In this document: positions 53,817 to 64,000 of the stretch, piece by piece
Position numbering within the stretch: the stretch's first letter is position 1
Layout of the letters: the number at the start of each line of letters is the position of its first letter
NCBI GenBank assembly: GCA_020137815.1
Contig: CM035361.1
Location: 6,138,001 to 6,202,000 of the forward strand
DNA from: Hormiphora californensis
Lineage: Eukaryota > Animalia > Ctenophora
Length of the DNA stretch: 64,000 nucleotides
Direction of reading: 5' to 3'
Position numbers and translations under genes: made by a program
The notes under the pieces: generated by a model
The model's input: only the letters and a program-made list of their open reading frames with translations
Databases searched by the model: none
Told to the model about the DNA's origin: nothing

Positions 53817-54092
53817 GGCGGAAAACAGCCGTACTGAACTGAACTCCAGTTCGACGGCTACTTACTGAGAAAAATACTGGAGTTCGCGCACCAGTACGGC
53901 TATTTACTGAACTGACCTCGAAATCATCGCGCGCTTGATCAGTTCTCTCAGTTCACAAATTTGAGAACTGAGAGATCTGGTGTACTGGAGTACTCGAGTA
54001 CTTACTGGAGTTCTTCCAGTTTTAACAGGTGATTGATAACAATGTTGCAAACGCGAGAGTGAGAGATACTGAGATAGTAAGGGAGAAAGAGA

Positions 54093-54131
<39 letters not shown>

Positions 54132-54845
54132 TGCTACGTCTCGCTGGACGACGCGCGCGCTCATCCCTCGGAGCTCAGCTCCTCGCATCGGACGGCTGCG
54201 TCGGCGCGCCCTCGTAGCCTCTGGGGCCTGCTCTCGCTCGCAGCGCGCTCGCCGCCGTCTGCCGCGCCTCCGCTAGCGTTCGCTCTGCGGGCAGTCGTCC
54301 CGCTCTGAAGAATGTGCGTTGACTCACGAGTTCTTAGTAATTCTGGGGTGTTAAGTCAGACAAGATATCGGATTGTTAAAATACAGACGAAGAAGGCGAG
54401 ATCAGAGATAAAAAGAGGGGTGCGAGAAAAGATAGTGAGGATAGGAGATAGAGAGAGATGAGGAGAGAGATGTGCAGAGAGATGATATCATAAGGCGTAG
54501 GAGAGGTCTCTCCTCTCCTCTCCTTCGTCTCTTCTCTGCGCTTCTCTCTTCTGACTCTTCCCTTGCTCTTCTGCTCTCTTCCTCGTCGTCATTACTCTTA
54601 CGACTTTCGAGAACATCCGTCATGAATACTGATCCTTTTCTTCCTAGTAAGGGGTGTTGCGTACTGGCTCATTTGCGTGTTTCTGCCTCTGTTACATTTA
54701 GATGTGGTAGACGACAATGTCGTAGTCTATCGCCAAACTCGATTTTGCCGTATACTTCATTACGGCTGTTCCTGAAATACTGTTCATTTTCCTTCAGTAA
54801 GTAGTCGGCGTACTGGAGTTCAGTTCAGTACGGCTGTTTTCCGCC
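53817..54845. mobile_element. PIF/Harbinger-like non-autonomous element
   Basis: TIR GGCGGAAAACAGCCGTACTGAACTGAACTCCAGT, 3-bp TSD TGA. Confidence 0.8.
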
Positions 54846-55831
54846 TGACACTGTCACTGACAGTGTCAGAGGGCGTGCGTCTATCGAGACACAAACTCAC
54901 GGCAGTGCACGGCCCAATAGACCAGTGCAAATTGTTTGAGCGCGCCGTGCGTCTATTTGAGCCGGCGGGGTCTATATGTGTGTGTGAGTACCTTTTATCT
55001 GTTTGCGCGCGGCTCAAACGCACGTGCGACTGCTAGCAATGTCGCTGCGTTCTGGCTCTTGTTCAATTTCATATTCCGGTAAAAGATTGCCTAGCTATAA
55101 GACCCTATTTCGCGAGCCCCGCCCGAATGTAAAGGGAGGATAATCCCAGGCTACTGGTCGACAAAGAAGAAAGATAGCTATCTCCGATTTCATCAATTCT
55201 CCGGCCAAATCTGGCCATCATCCAATTGTGAAGAACCATCCCATTCCCAAGTTATCATGTCAAATTGAAACAAGCTGGATAAATAAAGTGAAGTGAAAGT
55301 GTAATAATGAATCTTTAGAAGAACAATAAATACATAAATTAAATACCTCTGAATCCAATTTTTACAGTCTGAATCTCTTTTCTCTAATTCTCTACAGAAA
55401 GAAGAAGGAACTTGAGCACGGGATAACGCTCTCGTGAACTATCAGGCCAATGCTCTGACCTCAGTTCTCGTGTGCTTATTTGAAAGAAATGAGAATAGGT
55501 CAGCCGTCAGGGCAGATCGCGCTAGGCCCCCGGTCTCTGTAGTTGTTGGCAGCAAACGGTCAGGCCAATGCTCTGACAGCTCGTGAACAACAAGAACCAT
55601 GGTGAGAAAGCAAGAGCAGTATAAAACTGCGGATTTTTGTACATATTCTATAGTCTCTCAGTACAGCTCTCTCTCTCTCTCAATCATATTCTTGATATAA
55701 CAACAATCATCAATATGCAATAATATTCTATATGTTTTACGAGATATATCCTTCATAATACTATAAACCGGCCTATTCCTTTCTTTTTTCATATACATCG
55801 CGTCTATATAAATATCAATATCATAGTATAA

Positions 55832-55864
55832 CAGTCGGGCCCCGATTTACCGGGATACCGACTG
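55832..55864. mobile_element. Minimal MITE family B remnant (33 bp)
   Basis: CAGTCGGGCCCCGATTTACCGGGATACCGACTG|TA. Confidence 0.65.
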
Positions 55865-56102
55865 TAGTATAGTATTCACCGCGGGTCAATGGATTTCTCT
55901 CAACAAACCGTAAATCAAGAATTGACTGTTTTACAAATTAATACTCCAACCAAGATAAATTAAATTAACCTCGTTAAAGTTAGATCTATATTCTATATAT
56001 ATATAACCAAATTGTTTACAATTACACACTACCAGTTACGCACTATACCACATTACTATAACAGTTACACATAATTTAGTCACATATTAATTCCTCGAAA
56101 TA

Positions 56103-63337
<7,235 letters not shown>

Positions 63338-63454
63338 CTACAGGGGAAAGGAGGGAGTTGAATTAACAATTAAAACCATATTTAAATGTTATGAAATAAC
63401 TTTTCTCATAACTCCACGCCCTCATTATTTTCTTTCTCTCTATTTCTCTCTTTT

Positions 63455-63550
<96 letters not shown>

Positions 63551-64000
63551 CCCCGCTTTGGACTCTTTCTCTAACGCCACATAGTCCCCCCCTTCTCTCG
63601 CTCTTTCACAACCCAATTCATTACCCAACAAACACACAATACACACACGTGAGGGCGTCCTGGATTGGTCGACCTGGGACAAACTATGAGAATCGACCAA
63701 AGTAGAGGGTAGTAAAAAACTCCTTCATAAACTACTCTAAAGCCCTGACTCCTTCATAAAACACATCATACCTAGATATAGTCGTAGTACCGCAGCGTTT
63801 TCTATACTCTGTACGACTGACGGGACGAAAAACCTGAAAAACAAAACTAAAGTATTGATATATCAATGTAAATTCGGTACTACCCGCATCATCCATAATC
63901 TTAAATCGACAGTGTTTGTGCAGTGTTTGTGCAGTGTTTGTGTAGTGTTTACGCAGTGAATACGCTTCGAATACGCAAGGAATACGCCGTGGTTCTAGAG

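Overview
Eukaryotic (animal) genomic DNA, repeat-rich, with short GT-AG introns. Gene and repeat content suggest a ctenophore, probably Pleurobrachia-like (inference). Hand-splicing supports five protein-coding genes: an ionotropic glutamate receptor (minus strand, 872-4625, continues off the left edge); transportin-3/TNPO3 (plus, 6625-22548, N-terminal exons not found in the window); a secreted or membrane Sushi/CCP-domain gene nested antisense in a TNPO3 intron (16366-19323); a gene with a SAM-like domain (minus, 26173-30674); and an M16A insulysin/nardilysin-like metalloprotease (minus, 56103-63337, 5' part off the right edge). There are many MITEs and foldback elements with visible TIRs and TSDs, an ORF1-only LINE derivative, and several homopolymer-run blocks that look like base-calling or assembly garbage. 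The main observation is that many tandem repeats here are copies of exon/intron junctions (donor, acceptor or branch-point region plus adjacent exon sequence). They are amplified 2 to about 50 times beside the real splice site, at about 10 sites in four unrelated genes. One array is a chain of 42-nt GT..CTAAT..AG units joined by AG|GT. All coordinates were counted by hand, and no database search was possible.
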